From assembly GCA_029953675.1 (NCBI GenBank), contig JAMWBK010000008.1, positions 1,426,001-1,490,000 on the forward strand: a stretch of DNA of 64,000 bases, written 5' to 3'. The stretch comes from Rhodosorus marinus CCMP1338. Lineage: Eukaryota; Plantae; Rhodophyta. The position numbers were made by a program, and so were the translations under genes. This document shows, piece after piece, positions 11,347-24,149 of the stretch (positions are counted from its first letter, which is position 1; every line of letters begins with the position of its first letter). The notes below the pieces were generated by a model that was not told the DNA's origin, did not search any database, and was given only the letters and a program-made list of their open reading frames with translations.

Positions 11347-14300
11347 CAGCGGACCGAACCGCCTCCATCGGATCGATTCGTAAGGGGGAAAAGCTCAAAC
11401 CGCATCGGAATTCGCCAAGGGATCGAGTAGAAATGTATGCGAGTAAATCAGTCCTAAGTTTTTGAATAAAGGGCATTTTAGGTTCTTAGTGATACTCGGA
11501 AGGGGGGTGAAGGAACGGTGTGTGTCCACTTGAACTGTGAAGAGAACAAACGCACCTTTCTTCCTCTATTGGCCGTTTCTGGCAAAAATTCCAGTTGCAA
11601 GAATACTGATAGGGGTGGATGATGAGGAACGAATTCCATTGATCCAAAACTACGTCTGACCCGGCGTCAAACGATTTGATCGGTGGCGCAGAGGCTCATA
11701 AACTCTTCTTCAAATCAAAAAGAGACGACCTTTGCCCAAAGAAATGGCACTACGTGACGGGGCCTTTGAAAGCAACGAAGAACTGAAGAAGCTCAATACT
11801 TCCCCTCCCTCCCTTCAAGGCCCTAGTTATTAAGTTGGGGTTCTCCATTGGCTAAACATGAGAAGAATTAGTCGATAAAATTAGGTGTGTCTCCCAGTGT
11901 TTGCATTGGCTTTCTAAACCCCCGTCCAAAATGAAAAACGAACAAGGGGTTCCAACCGAGTGCTCAGCCGAATATTGATTGGTTCAGCGAAGAATGCTGG
12001 ATATTACGAAGCTTGGCCGTTTTTAAAAGAAATAAATGAAAAAGGAAAAAAGGAGCCCCGCTTCGCCAATGGAGGACAACCCCTACCGGCCACATACGGA
12101 TAAAATCTGCGGAAACATCGTTCTCCCCATTTTCTTGATAGTAATAGACAAAAAATTGTTTCAGTCACTAGCAGGTGAGCCCAGGCATCCCCCTCTGTTT
12201 CTAAGAAGCCGAGGCACCACGCCACCTGAATGGCGTCAATTTTCAAGCCTTTTATTGATGCGACGAGTGTATGAAAGCAAACAAACACTGAACAAGAAAA
12301 AAAAAGTAAAAAGTTCCCGTTCACTCAAACAAAAAAAAATTCGAAGATACCTTCGAATAATTTGTTTAAAAAGCGTTATCCCAAACCACCGATTTCGCTA
12401 CAAAAAAATAACAAATCAATAACGCCAAAATTATTTGAATACAAAATATTGTTGCACAAAATGTATAAGAAAAACAGAACTATAGTCGAGCAGAATTCAG
12501 TGGCTATCAAGAACATCCACGTGTCTTTATACAATCAATTGTCGTTGCTTAACTACTGGCTAAAAAGGAATTGGCTAGGAAACAACTTGAATGTCTTTAC
12601 TTTATTTACATTTATATTAAAAGCTGGGAAGAACTTTCTTGAACGACTTTCCTTCCTTTTGGAAGCCCGATTTCCACGTTTTCCTTCTAACTCTGCGTCC
12701 TGTTGATTTGTTTTGGGAGCGGTATTAGAGACGAAGAAGGGGAGCGAGGGGAGGAAATTTTGCTTTTTCCTTAGCCCTAGCCTAACCCTCCGTGTCTTCC
12801 TCAAGTACGATAAAGCATCAAATTTCGCATAGAATGGAAGTACTTCGGTCTCATGGGAAATAAACCCATTTCTGGAGGGGGGTTCGTAGGTAACTAGATA
12901 TTCCTCTTCTCAGTAACAAGTGGAATCACAAACAAGAGCAACTCAAACATTTGAGTAAACTCAATGAAAAGAAAAAGACAAATACGTTTTCAAAAGCACT
13001 ATGTCCTGAAACGCTTCTGGTCATCAGTCCCCTTTGCTGGAAGAGATATTTATATATCCAGACTCGAAAATATCTTAAAGTTAAAATATTTAGAGGGTTT
13101 GAAACAAAACGCTCATCTTGAGGTAAGGGCCTTTGGAAAAGAAACGCACAGGATACTTTCCTTCCTCCTTCCTTGCATTTATTGTCGGGGGAGGGGACTG
13201 TGTTGACTTTTTTTGACCAAGACAGAGCGGGTTTAAAATATTTTAAAACACACAAATCGTTCTTCGCTTATAGAACAGCACGCGGGTGGGGGGGTTTCAA
13301 AAAGGGACTCTTTTTTTAGCAGCATATCGTGTTACGGAAATTTAATTGGAAATTTATGAAAAATGCAGACCAGCTTCCCAGTGTGCGAAAGGCTGAGAAT
13401 GTCACACTCATTTATTGCGCGGAATCCCCACGAGAGAGGCCATTCTTACCTTACTACACAAAAGCAAGTCGACTGCTATTCAAAAAAATTTATTACCAAT
13501 AAAAGACTGTATGATGAATATATAGGGTTTTTTAATAAATATCGCGGCGAGCTCTTAAGAATTAGAGAAGTCGGAAAAATAGAAGGATCTGTTCATAATT
13601 ATCGTGTATATATCATGAGAAATTGTTTAAAGATTTAAATAGACTCACCACTTTCATTTTTTGGATCACTATGGAGTTATTAATGGAAGCCGTGAAAAAC
13701 TAGTTGTCGGACGGGGTGCTTGCGTTTGACCTCGATAACCACTTGAGTACTGAATGGCATAAAGATTTTGAGGCTTTACATCAAAACCTTTCTAAAAGTT
13801 GTAACTCGAACTCGAAGGGCACGGTTGGCCTGCATGATAGCTTACTCTTTATTGCTTGGGAGGGATTGAAGCATCAACTTTCGGGGGGTTTTCGTCCCGT
13901 GCAGACCGAAGGCAAAAGAACTGGTGAGCACTCAGTCTGGATTATGAGCTCAGCTAAGTGATGGATAGTAGGGCTCACAAGCACCTGCTTAGTCCTGCAC
14001 TCATATGAGTGTGTCCAGGATACAGCAATGATCAGAACATCGATCAAACGTTTTCGGAGCTACGAAATGAACCATCAGAATCCTTTCTAATTTGTTGGAA
14101 TTTTCGAGGATTCCCAACCTTGACCAAAGTCCGGTCAGCCAAGCTTCGATGGTTTCTTTATTGTTTCCCTGACCATTGGGGTCGATATCTCCCACTTAAG
14201 TAATCTACTATATACCATGGAGATGATCGATGTCTTGTACGGTTCAAACTACTTCAAACGTTTGAACTTCCATCCGGTTAGCCTACCGTATACCATCCAC

Positions 14301-14594
14301 ACACCTGTTCTACCATATATAGGACGATGTGAGGATCGTCTTTCTACGTGCTGAGAGCGGATGGCCACCGTTGATCGTGTGACCGTTTCAACATAATTCT
14401 CAGTTCCGATAGTCTGGCACAGGGTCATATCGAGTTTTGCGATCTGCGTAACGTATAAATGTGACAATCTATGTAGGTGGGAAAGTCGGTAGGTGGATGT
14501 AGGGTTGGTGCGTGGGACTTTGTCAGACATTCAGGACTCGGAATCTGTTGCGAACTCGGCCATGTGGCAGAAGCTGTGAAATCTGATCATCAAG

Positions 14595-14776
14595 ATATCA
14601 GCCACAGCATAAGGATACAGATATTGCCGTTTTCTCAATTACTTAAATGACCCGATCGTTTGCTAGTGCTCATCCAATACTTACAAAATATCAGCCACAT
14701 CATAAACATCTAGACATTGCTATTACTTCAAGTACAGAAGTGGCCCGATCGCGTTGCCACTGCTCGTCCACGACTT
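14595..14776. repeat. Degenerate tandem duplication with a period of about 93 bp
   Basis: atatcagccaca.cataa...attgc...cccgatcg...tgctc.tcca..actt starts at 14595 and again at 14688. Confidence 0.75.
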
Positions 14777-15130
14777 GCCATGCTCCCCCCCCACCCCCTC
14801 TCTCCCCTCCCTTTTCCATCTAAAAGGAATTGTTCTCTATGGCTTTATCTGAGTTTTCTCCCATGTTGATGTGTATAGAGGAAGATGGTTGTGGGCAGGG
14901 TGAAGGGCCTGCGCAAGATGGTACCCCGGTAGCGGGGTTCCAGTAAGTTTCTCCCTAGATAGGATTAGACGTAGTGTTGCGCTGCAGTAGGCAGCTGCCC
15001 AGTAAAGCTTACGGGTACATCAGGCGAGCTATGATTCCATGGGAAACTCCCGCTAGATCGGGAAAGCCGCATGTGAGAGAAAGCGGTTTAGGGATAAATT
15101 AAAAAACGGCTATACAGATGGGTTGGGGAC

Positions 15131-15286
15131 ATGTCCCGCGCAAGAAGAATGCTTATTAATCGGGACTCCCCTGCAGCCAGGAGGAAGAAGGATAGCGTGT
15201 GCCGGCAAGAGTTGGAACTCTTATTGAGACGCCTTGAGAAAGAGCTTGATGCTCTGGAGGAAAGGAAGAACAAAAAGCCGAGGTAG
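15131..15286 (+). pseudogene. Truncated bZIP paralog (pseudogene or 51-aa microprotein)
   Basis: MSRARRMLINRDSPAARRKKDSVCRQELELLLRRLEKELDALEERKNKKPR* matches the bZIP region of the 18245-18961 gene at 31 of 44 residues. There is an in-frame stop at 15095 upstream, and the RKRFRD segment lies in another frame. Confidence 0.7.
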
Positions 15287-18244
15287 ACAGGGCGCGATGG
15301 TTCGCTTCCCTTACCGAAGACAACAGAATGCTCGCCTGCCTACGTGATGATGTTGAATCGACCTGTGATACAGCAGATGAAATTCATCCCTGCATGCCTA
15401 CAAAACTTGCCGCTGAAACTTGGAGACGTGGAATCGAGGTCCATAAATGTAAGAATGTCAGCGCGAACGCCGGTTGGACATATTTCCTGTTCAACCATGT
15501 GGACGTCATCTCTGCCAACCATCCTATCGCAAGGAGCGCCTGATGAGAAGTGTTCTTCTCCACTTCTAGGAATTGGAAATAAGAGAAGTCTTCTTCTCCA
15601 CTGCGAAGAATTGTTTGGAAATTTGTTCCCCGGTTATCCTATTCTTCCTCGCAACTGCCATTAGGAACTCTAGGGTGGATGTCAATATGTAACAAACTGC
15701 CTGCACCCGAAAAACAGGAGTTCCTTATGAATCTTTGAGGTTGAGCTGTGCTTTGTTCACTTTACGGAGCACCGGGAAAGACGGTTTCCGCCCTTCATAG
15801 TCGCGACTTGCCGGACCGGTTTTGGTACAGTTTACCCACGCACCAACCGCCTGCATCATGACAGGAAGAAGAAACTCAGATAGCAGTTTTCCTAAGTGAA
15901 ATTGCTCCAGTCACTTCTTGCTTCTCAAAAACTCCTTTCGTTGATGGGTTCAAAATTGTATACAGTAGCGAGTACCCTTATTCTGAGTTTCTAAATATCC
16001 TCGGGCGCTTCTATTAGCCGATCAATGCCAAACATTTTCCTGAGCTTCCTATTGAACCTCAAATTTCGTCAACCTAATGGCTGCAAAGCTGTTCACATGC
16101 AGCCATAGGATTCCCCTCGATGCGGGAGCATTCAACAGTACCAAGGTAAAGTAGTAAGCCGCGAGTAACAATCGGTTTGACAGAGCTCACGAACAGGCGA
16201 AACCCTCAGTTCGTGAGTTGTCCCCACACGCTACTTTTTGAACGTGTGTTGCTGTACCGATACCAATCCCAATTGATACTCCGCGCTTGGTAGCGCGTAG
16301 TTGCTACTAGGTTCTCACCACGACTAGGGAAAGCAAGCAGTCCACGCATTGTCGCCTATTACTAAAGCGCCCACCGCCCACTAGGGGGCAACGCCAAGCA
16401 GCTTTCAGATCAGGTCATCCTTCATCGGTGACACATTGTCCATAGTTGTCACCAAGATCTGAGTTCCAGGCGCCGCGAAGGATATTGTACCCCCCTGGGA
16501 CACACAAGGGCAGAGGGGATATCTGAAACATACACGACCAGGTCATCAGCCCACCATCTCGACAACCAGGTTTCTGCCTCAAACGATCCATCAGGTACAG
16601 CCCCACCTCGCGTTACAAATCGAACCATCGACCTTCAGCATCCCTCAGTCGTGTTCCCCCCCAGGGAACCTCATATTTAGGACTGCGTTTTGCTTCCAAA
16701 GTCTTAAGGAACGCTTCAAAAACTGGAGGCACACTAACCATCCCCGTCCGAACAAACCGCGGCCTGGTCTCCAACCAAAAAAAAAAGAAGTGCGGGGTAT
16801 GACAGTCCACCCCCACCCAACCCGAGATGAGATTCGAGTTGCTCTGGACCCCTTAGCCTTTATTCGGCAGCTACCTACCGCGGCGAAACTAATCTCAGGC
16901 AAGGTCCCGCCAAACATACCCAAACCCCCCTGTCCATGGATCTCATCTAAAAGCTAAAATCTATCCAAGGGAACTATCGGGACATCTTCGCGAAAAAAAA
17001 AGAAGCCAGAAGGCAACCGGTTTGCATCCTGACCATGAATGCATAGCCGCACCTGTGCGACCCCCAGAATCCTACTCACGCCGGCGAGCACTACCAGACA
17101 GCCTGACGTTGTACATCAAGCTACGTCAACAAACTCCTTTCAGAACATACGAATAATATCCAAAAATCAACATGAAAACACAAAACACTTACAAAAGCTG
17201 TCCTTCAAAAATCTTTGAGATGAATTCCTCGGGCCTCGATCTCCGCTCTGGCCGGGCAAAATTCTAAAACCTGTTTTAGTTTTTCAATAAACAATTTTCG
17301 GGATTCTGGGAGGCAGGGATCCAATGGCAATACGTTTTCTCACTATTTTTTTGACAGCCCGACAAGTAAATCAACCCGCAATTGGTCTGTTTTAAAACCT
17401 CCCCCTGATGGTCACCGCTACAATACTCGGAAAAACTTCGCTGTTATGAGTTTTGTTTTTTGTTCGGAGTCCACTAGGGGTTGGAAGAACAAGTGAATGC
17501 TTGATTGTTGGGGGGGAGGGGGAGGTAGGGGTGGTACGGGGAGAGGGGGAAATAGATGAATTGCTTTTAAAATGAGACCATTGAGCATGAAATGGAAATA
17601 TGTGCTCTTCATGTATTTTCTTTTTTTTAAACAGACTACGACGCTGGCTGTTGTCATCACCAAAGGCAGGGAGGGTAGAGGTCAATTTGGAAGAAGGGGT
17701 GTTGGCTGTTTCGGCTATGAATATGGATCCCATGACAATCTGTTTTCTAGGTACGAGACCGAGGCTTGTTGCAAAGTTGTGGAGATCGCGAGACCGTTTC
17801 TGACCGAGGAAATAGGGCATGGTCGTACGAACTCGAACCAGGGCTGATTCAGTCTTTATGTCCCCCCTGATCATGAGGATGGACATCCTGAACATTTTTG
17901 CTACGACTTGGTTTCAACGTTGGTATGACTACACTTGCTTTCTATTCACCCCTGCCGGGATGTGGTAATTGGGAGAGCCTTATGGGGATGAGCTGGTGCG
18001 CAATGTAACAATAAAAGAGTAGATGCCTTGGGGCGGTGGTTTCAACAAGGCGCTTGCAGATATGGATAGTGTGGCTATAGTTGGGAGACCGATCACCTGC
18101 TCTTTTGAACAATGAACGCTCCCTTTGCTGGTGGCGTCAACGAATTTATTTAGGTCTAAAAATTAGCAAAAATTGTATTCCAGAAAGAGACTCCAACTTA
18201 CAAATGCGATATTGGCGGGTACTCGCCAGCCACATGCCATGGGG

Positions 18245-18961
18245 CTATGCAATCGAGGCTGGTAGCGCAAGATATCGAACACAAGGTGGGGCTTGACGAC
18301 TCCGAGCTACTGATGGAGTTTTAAAATCGGAGTCTCCTTCCCGGTGGGAAACAGTTGAGCAGAGGTCACTGTGGAGGTAGGATTCCAGGCTCCCGTGGTT
18401 TGAGAAGATCTCCGAAAATAGTTGGTCAGTCCCACCTATTCCTTGGCCCCGAAAAAAAGTTCCTTCCTGGACTTTGCCCTGTTCCTCAACCCCAGATTTC
18501 CTCCTTTCCAGAGCATCGAGCTCTTCCTCCAGTCTTTTCAATGCGATGCACAGCTCATTCCGATAAACTGCGTCCTTCATCCTCCTCGCGGCGGCCGAGT
18601 CCCGATTGCAAAGTATTCTTCTCGCCCGAGCCAAATTGGCGTCGCTGGTTTTGACAATCTCAGATGCTTCCGCTTCTCTCACTCTCTTTCTATTTTGGTA
18701 TACAACGTTCCTGTGTACCTCAGCGGAAACTTCGGCCCTCCTAACAGAGTCCTCAAGTCTCTCCTGGTCGCAGTGCTGATGTTCTACATCATCCTCCAAA
18801 CCTGCGACTCCATGGTCCTTAAGTATATCGATACCGATCTCTTCGAGAAATTCCTCATGCTTCTTCACAGAGGTCTCCCGTCTAGGCCGGGACTCTTCGT
18901 TCATCACCCGCGAGAGCTCCCGTTCAAATTCATCTCCCGCCCAACCGTCTGGGTTGTCCAT
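18245..18961 (-). CDS. bZIP-type transcription factor
   Basis: 238 aa. RARRILCNRDSAAARRMK fits the N-x7-R basic motif and is followed by a short zipper (YRNELCIALKRLEEELDALE). The N-terminus is acidic. Confidence 0.75.
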   Translation of the reverse strand: MDNPDGWAGDEFERELSRVMNEESRPRRETSVKKHEEFLEEIGIDILKDHGVAGLEDDVEHQHCDQERLEDSVRRAEVSAEVHRNVVYQNRKRVREAEASEIVKTSDANLARARRILCNRDSAAARRMKDAVYRNELCIALKRLEEELDALERRKSGVEEQGKVQEGTFFRGQGIGGTDQLFSEIFSNHGSLESYLHSDLCSTVSHREGDSDFKTPSVARSRQAPPCVRYLALPASIA

Positions 18962-20302
18962 TCAACAATTCCCTTCAACCAACCCCAAGAATCTGTCTCC
19001 CCGCTCAACGCAGGTCTCCGCAAACTAGTTCACTCCAAAACTCAATACACGCTCGTCTACAAACTGACAGTGACCTCCCTCGCCTTTCCACTACTCCTGA
19101 AATATACCCAAAGACCCATAGCTTAAGTACCTTCTCATCGTCCACACATCACTAGGTCACTCCAAACGTCCATAGTTCACCCGTTAGCCCCCTCCAACTT
19201 CCCTCCCCACCCCCACCCTCTCCGAACAAACCAAAAAAAAAAAAAAAAAGAAGAAAAACTTTTACAAACCCCTGTAAAAAGTTTCCCCAAGTCAAGAATA
19301 GCTCTTCAACATTTCTCCCGTCGTTGGAAACCTTGAGATTCATCAAACTTGCACAACACACAGAAAATATAGCACTTTTTAGCTTGAAAACGGACACCAA
19401 AATCCATCGAAAAACAATGCTTTTCTAACCCCCCCCCAAAAGAGGCTCCGTCTGGTACAATCTTTTTAGATTGTACAAGCTAAAAGCTAAAATCTTCTGA
19501 TATTCTAATTTATCCCTTTATCCATTATAAAAACGGAATTGGGAGTGGTCACACTTCTTCGTCTGTTGGTAATACTATTTTCATTGAAATTTTGTCCGTC
19601 TGTTCGGGATGTTTGACAACGTGTTGATATGAAACGTTTTTCAATAAATAAACCTTGTCCCACAAACCCACCCCTAGATGAATTGTAATTTTACCCGTTT
19701 AATACGCCTATTTTAAATTAATATTCAATATGTTTGTCGAAAGAGGAAGGGAGGCTACCCTTAACACATCCGATGTCTGTCTGGCGATGGAAGGCGAGTA
19801 GAGGGTGATTTAGTTGGGAGAAATGTTTCCAAAGTATTTTTAGCTTTACCCACAGCTCTTTTTTCCAACAATTTTTAAATTTTTTTCTTATCAAAGTGGC
19901 CAGTGCTTTTCCCCCCCCCCTCCCACCTCCCCATAATATGTGCGAGCCCGGCAAGAAAATTGGTAGTAACTACACCCACCGTCCAGAGGGGATGTTTTGA
20001 CAAGTGGCGATTTCTTTTGTTTTGATATATATATTTTTAGGGAGTGAATCTGCACCTCCCTTATAACAGCGATGTTATCTATTTATAACAAACTTTCAGA
20101 ATCTAAACAATAGATTTTCTAATTTTTTATGAACATACGAAATGAAATAAATATGAATGGTGGAGCGAGTCGCATGTATTGAATTTTCTTAAGTTTTTCT
20201 AGGTTGGCTTGGATTAACTGTGCTCGGGGGGGGGGGCGTTTGCGAGAGAGTATATACGATTTTACTTCTACAATCAAATCTGCTCAGGCCGGGCAGGGGG
20301 CG

Positions 20303-20584
20303 ATGGATGCAAGAATGCTGCTGGACGGGGGGTCTTCTTGTTTTGGATTGTTTAGGTCCCCCATCATACCACTTTTGCAGGAAGTATCTCACGAATGTGA
20401 AAAAATAAACGCTCAAGACCGCATGGACCCCAAGAAGCCTTTTAGCTTAAACTCTTCCTGTTCGTGCTCTGCGTTTGGATCAACCCCGAGGGGCGAGAAA
20501 AGGGGGGTGTTCCGCCCAGATCTATCGACCCTGTATGGCGATTCAAAAATCGATTGGGACGCGTCAGAAGAATGCCTTCCGTAG
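20303..20584 (+). CDS. Possible small hypothetical protein (93 aa)
   Basis: ATG-initiated ORF MDARMLLDGG...FRPDLSTLYGDSKIDWDASEECLP downstream of an AT-rich tract. No homology recognised. Confidence 0.22.
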   Translation: MDARMLLDGGSSCFGLFRSPIIPLLQEVSHECEKINAQDRMDPKKPFSLNSSCSCSAFGSTPRGEKRGVFRPDLSTLYGDSKIDWDASEECLP

Positions 20585-23165
20585 TTTTCCATTGGACTGT
20601 CCAAGAAGCAACAATCGAAAGACGCACTGAATCAGTTTCGTTGAAATCGTCAGACACTTCCAAACCAGCTCATAAACAATTGAAAATCAATCACCACTGA
20701 ATCCCAGCTTCAACGCGTACAGTTCTTCATCAACCAATCAAACAAGTTGCTTGGAGTGGTCCAGGGTATTTTTTCTTCCGAAAATCTAAAGCACTTCATC
20801 TCCGCCATTTCATAATTATCTAATTTCCTCCAATAATCTGAAAAAATTACATTAATACATATATAAAATGATTGATCACTCGCGCGCTTCAGTGCTTGAT
20901 TTTATTCCTAATTGATTTTAATCAGCTGAGTTGTTTCTTCATTGGCGAATTGGCTGTGTGGACGTGCCGGTGAAGAGTGCCGGTACTTTCTGAAAGAGGT
21001 AGAATTCCAAGTAAAGAAGGGCAAGCCCCTGTGGAATCAGCAACGAGACACTTTTATTGCGGCTCTAGATAGCGTCTACTGTGCTTGTGAGAGTATTTTG
21101 AACCTTCGGTCGCGCAATACAAGTCCAAGTCGATGTACATGTTCTGCCTCAACATTTATATTTTTTTTTGGAAGGGCTCAGGGCAGCATCCTTGAAGCTT
21201 GCTTGACGTGGCGTTGCGATGATAGGGAGTACTATTCGAGGGATGACTTGACCTAAACTTACCGTCCCAATTTGATTCCTTAATTGCGTGCAGGGCTCAG
21301 GTAGCACGCCGATCAGTAGCGCGACCTGGCCATTTTTGCTTCAGCTCGTACAAAACAAATCTGGTGAGGAGAAACGCATTTCCCAAGCAGGATAGTGAAC
21401 AACCCCAGCTGCTAGCAATATGACATGCCGAACACGCCATTCCTCGTCGAGACCCTGTCCGTCGAGCACTGAGTACTCACCTTTTGTAGGTCCGACTCAA
21501 GGAAGGGTGCTGATGTTCACTCACTATTTCGACCGATATAGACAGTTTCCATGCGCCATGACGAATAGCAAAGCCTGCGGGTGTCCACGGCTCCAGTCCC
21601 TACACATAGGCTTGTAGTCCTAACGAAACGTTGAAAGTGGTACTATCATAGTTTTTCTTGTGGACTGTGGTGTGCGCGAGTAGCCCAGGGACCCACGTAC
21701 TCTGGGTAAGAACCATCTCAACGTACAGCTACGTAAGTTTGTCAGTATGCTCGGCAACATCTCCCACGCGGGTGGGGGGAATAGCTTGCTCAAGGAGATC
21801 GTTGTTTCACGCCTCGCGTCCCAGTGTAGACGTCGGGTCGTCCTGTTTCTCGCTGTCCAGATGTGTGTGTGGTGATACCGTCAGTATTACCACGATGGGT
21901 CTAGAATCCCTTGTTTTGTTTGGATTCTATCGAGGGGAGCCAAAGTCACTACAAGTGCCGCCTCTATGTAAGCAGATCAGTTCGCCATCGCTGCCCTCTC
22001 TGTATAAAGCTAGCGACGAACTTGGACAGCTGTCGGAGGCAAACTTCCACGCAGTCGCAGGCAAAAAGCGCATGCCAAAGCCATAGAATACCTCGGCAAA
22101 CGCCGAAATCCTTACTGCGAAAGCGGATTTGCGTGTTTCAAGACTCCTGTGACCTCAAACGTATCATGGTTGCAGCGTTTATAATTCTACGACTTCGGTA
22201 AGTGAGGACTTTGACACCTGTGAGCCGAGTAGCAGCTCCAGTTAGCGCCTGGTAGGTCGTCAGGTCTCGATAAAACTGATCGATCATAGCGCGGTTGATG
22301 ATTATCAGCGGTGAGGGTGTTTTGGATGAGGCTACCCAGCAGTGTGGACGGCAACCAGCGTTCGGGTTTCTTCTCTTTGCAACGAAATGTGGTCAAAGGC
22401 TAGGGTTGCCTAGTACTAGATTGAAAAGGGGTGGGTTACATATGGATGCAGAGGGCTTTACCCCTCTGCCTCGCGGTTCCCGACCTACACGACGGCGCTT
22501 GCAGCCTCGTCGCTTCGACTCATGTATATGGATGTTTAGATACGAGCAGAAGACATCTCGTCGCTGCAACGTTAGCACAGGAAGGTTTTTGCTAACATTT
22601 CATACTTGGTCTAGAAGACTTGGAATTCCCGGATCCGTTCAAGCTTGTGGTTTGCGATTGATGTTCAGGCGAAACTAGCTGTTCGAACCCATGCCTTGAA
22701 CTGGAGAAAACTTAGTATGTCTCAAGTGGCAGGTCTCCCTGTACCAATGTCACCAGGGGACACTTCGCCCTCGAACCAATATCGTATAAAGTTGCTGGAC
22801 TGCGAAAGTTCAACACCAATAGCCACTACGGCGGTACTTGTTCTACACCGAACATGGACTGCAGGAAACTTTCCTGGTTGAGTTAATCTCTTTAGAGCAG
22901 CCTGTAGAGGAAAGCAGGCAGTACGAACTGTAGAGATCGAATGATGACTACAAAGCGCTCTTTTGCCATTCTAAAATAGTCCGGATTCCGACCAAAACAT
23001 GGTAGAGCTCGACGCAACCTCCCCTAGCCTGGGACAGCCTGAAACGATTAGACTCTGGAAGGTCGATGCCTGCTCTCTTATCGCTGTGGGGGGATTCACC
23101 TGAAGCCGATGGGGGAAGATATGGCTGGGAGATCGGATGTGATCCTCCTGCAGTCATGTAGAACA

Positions 23166-24065
23166 ATGAATAGGAATCGATCAATTAGGCTCTTTGGATT
23201 AATCTGTTTGACGTTCTTAGTATGCGTTTGTAAGTATTCAGTTGCGATCAGCTTCGAGGTAAGAGCTGGTCAACAGGAGTGCATATATGAGGGATTGAAG
23301 GCAGGTATGTTATGTCACAATCCGTTTAGAGACCAGAGATCTGAACTTCTTAAAACCCATTCTTGGGCATGGATTCGTAGGTGAGTATCTCAAGGCTTCC
23401 TATAGCGTTGTGGAGAGCGCTCATGTCGATGTAGACGTAAAGGTATAGTGACGCAGTTCATAAGCAAAGGGCTTTTTTGAGTTTCGCTGAGGAGATGAGC
23501 GTTTGACGAATTTCAGGTATTTAGTCCGTCGGGGCGTGTGATGTTCGCTGAGGAGAAGAAGTCTACGGGTGGCTTTGAGTTTGGAGCGGATGGAGTAGGT
23601 GTGTACAAGGTGTGCTTTGCTCTTTCTACAGTTAAGATCGGGAAGAGGAGAGTTGACTTTGCCCTGGAGAGGGACTTCAGTGAGGAGCCGATCGTGGACA
23701 TGATTCAAAAGGAGCATCTGAAACCTGTTGGTAGCGCCCTTCGTAACGTATCAAGGCTCATCGATGCCGTAGAGTTTGAGGAGGCGCGTTTTCGCCAGCT
23801 CCATCAACAACACAGAGCAAGTACGTTGTTGAGACTCCCACAAGTCTTGAGCCAAGAAAGCAAGCTGCGGATCTAACTGTCAAATACGACTGCCCACGTT
23901 TTTCTTCTCTGCGCCCATAACCCAGCTGTGCTGAAAACTCAACGGAACCTGTGGCTCCTAACCCTGCTGCAGTGTCTTACCGTCGTGGGCTTGACTCTGC
24001 TTCAGATTTATTATTTGAGTAGCCTGTTCATGAACGGGAAGTCAAGAGCTCGTCTCGCGGTCTGA
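23166..24065 (+). CDS. p24/emp24/GOLD family cargo receptor (TMED)
   Basis: Four exons (23166-23304, 23381-23442, 23517-23820, 23926-24065) give 214 aa. Signal peptide, GOLD motifs (ISFEVRAGQQECIYE, GVYKVCF), coiled coil and a C-terminal TM ending LQIYYLSSLF. Confidence 0.9.
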
Positions 24066-24149
24066 ATTCAATCCTTCCGAATGAAACTAATGCAAAAATG
24101 TACAAAGGAAGAACTGAAGCGCCGAAGAGTAGTGACGATCAAGCTGTCG

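Noticed and set aside
12004-14530. AT-rich ORFs as possible transposase or viral relics
   Set aside because: No DDE, RT or other diagnostic motif was found, and the Lys/Phe-rich composition reflects A/T tracts.
17392-17895. 167-aa minus-strand ORF
   Set aside because: It runs through homopolymer and low-complexity tracts and has no motif. Insufficient support.
18422-19126. 234-aa plus-strand ORF
   Set aside because: It is the antisense shadow of the bZIP gene and has no recognisable domain.
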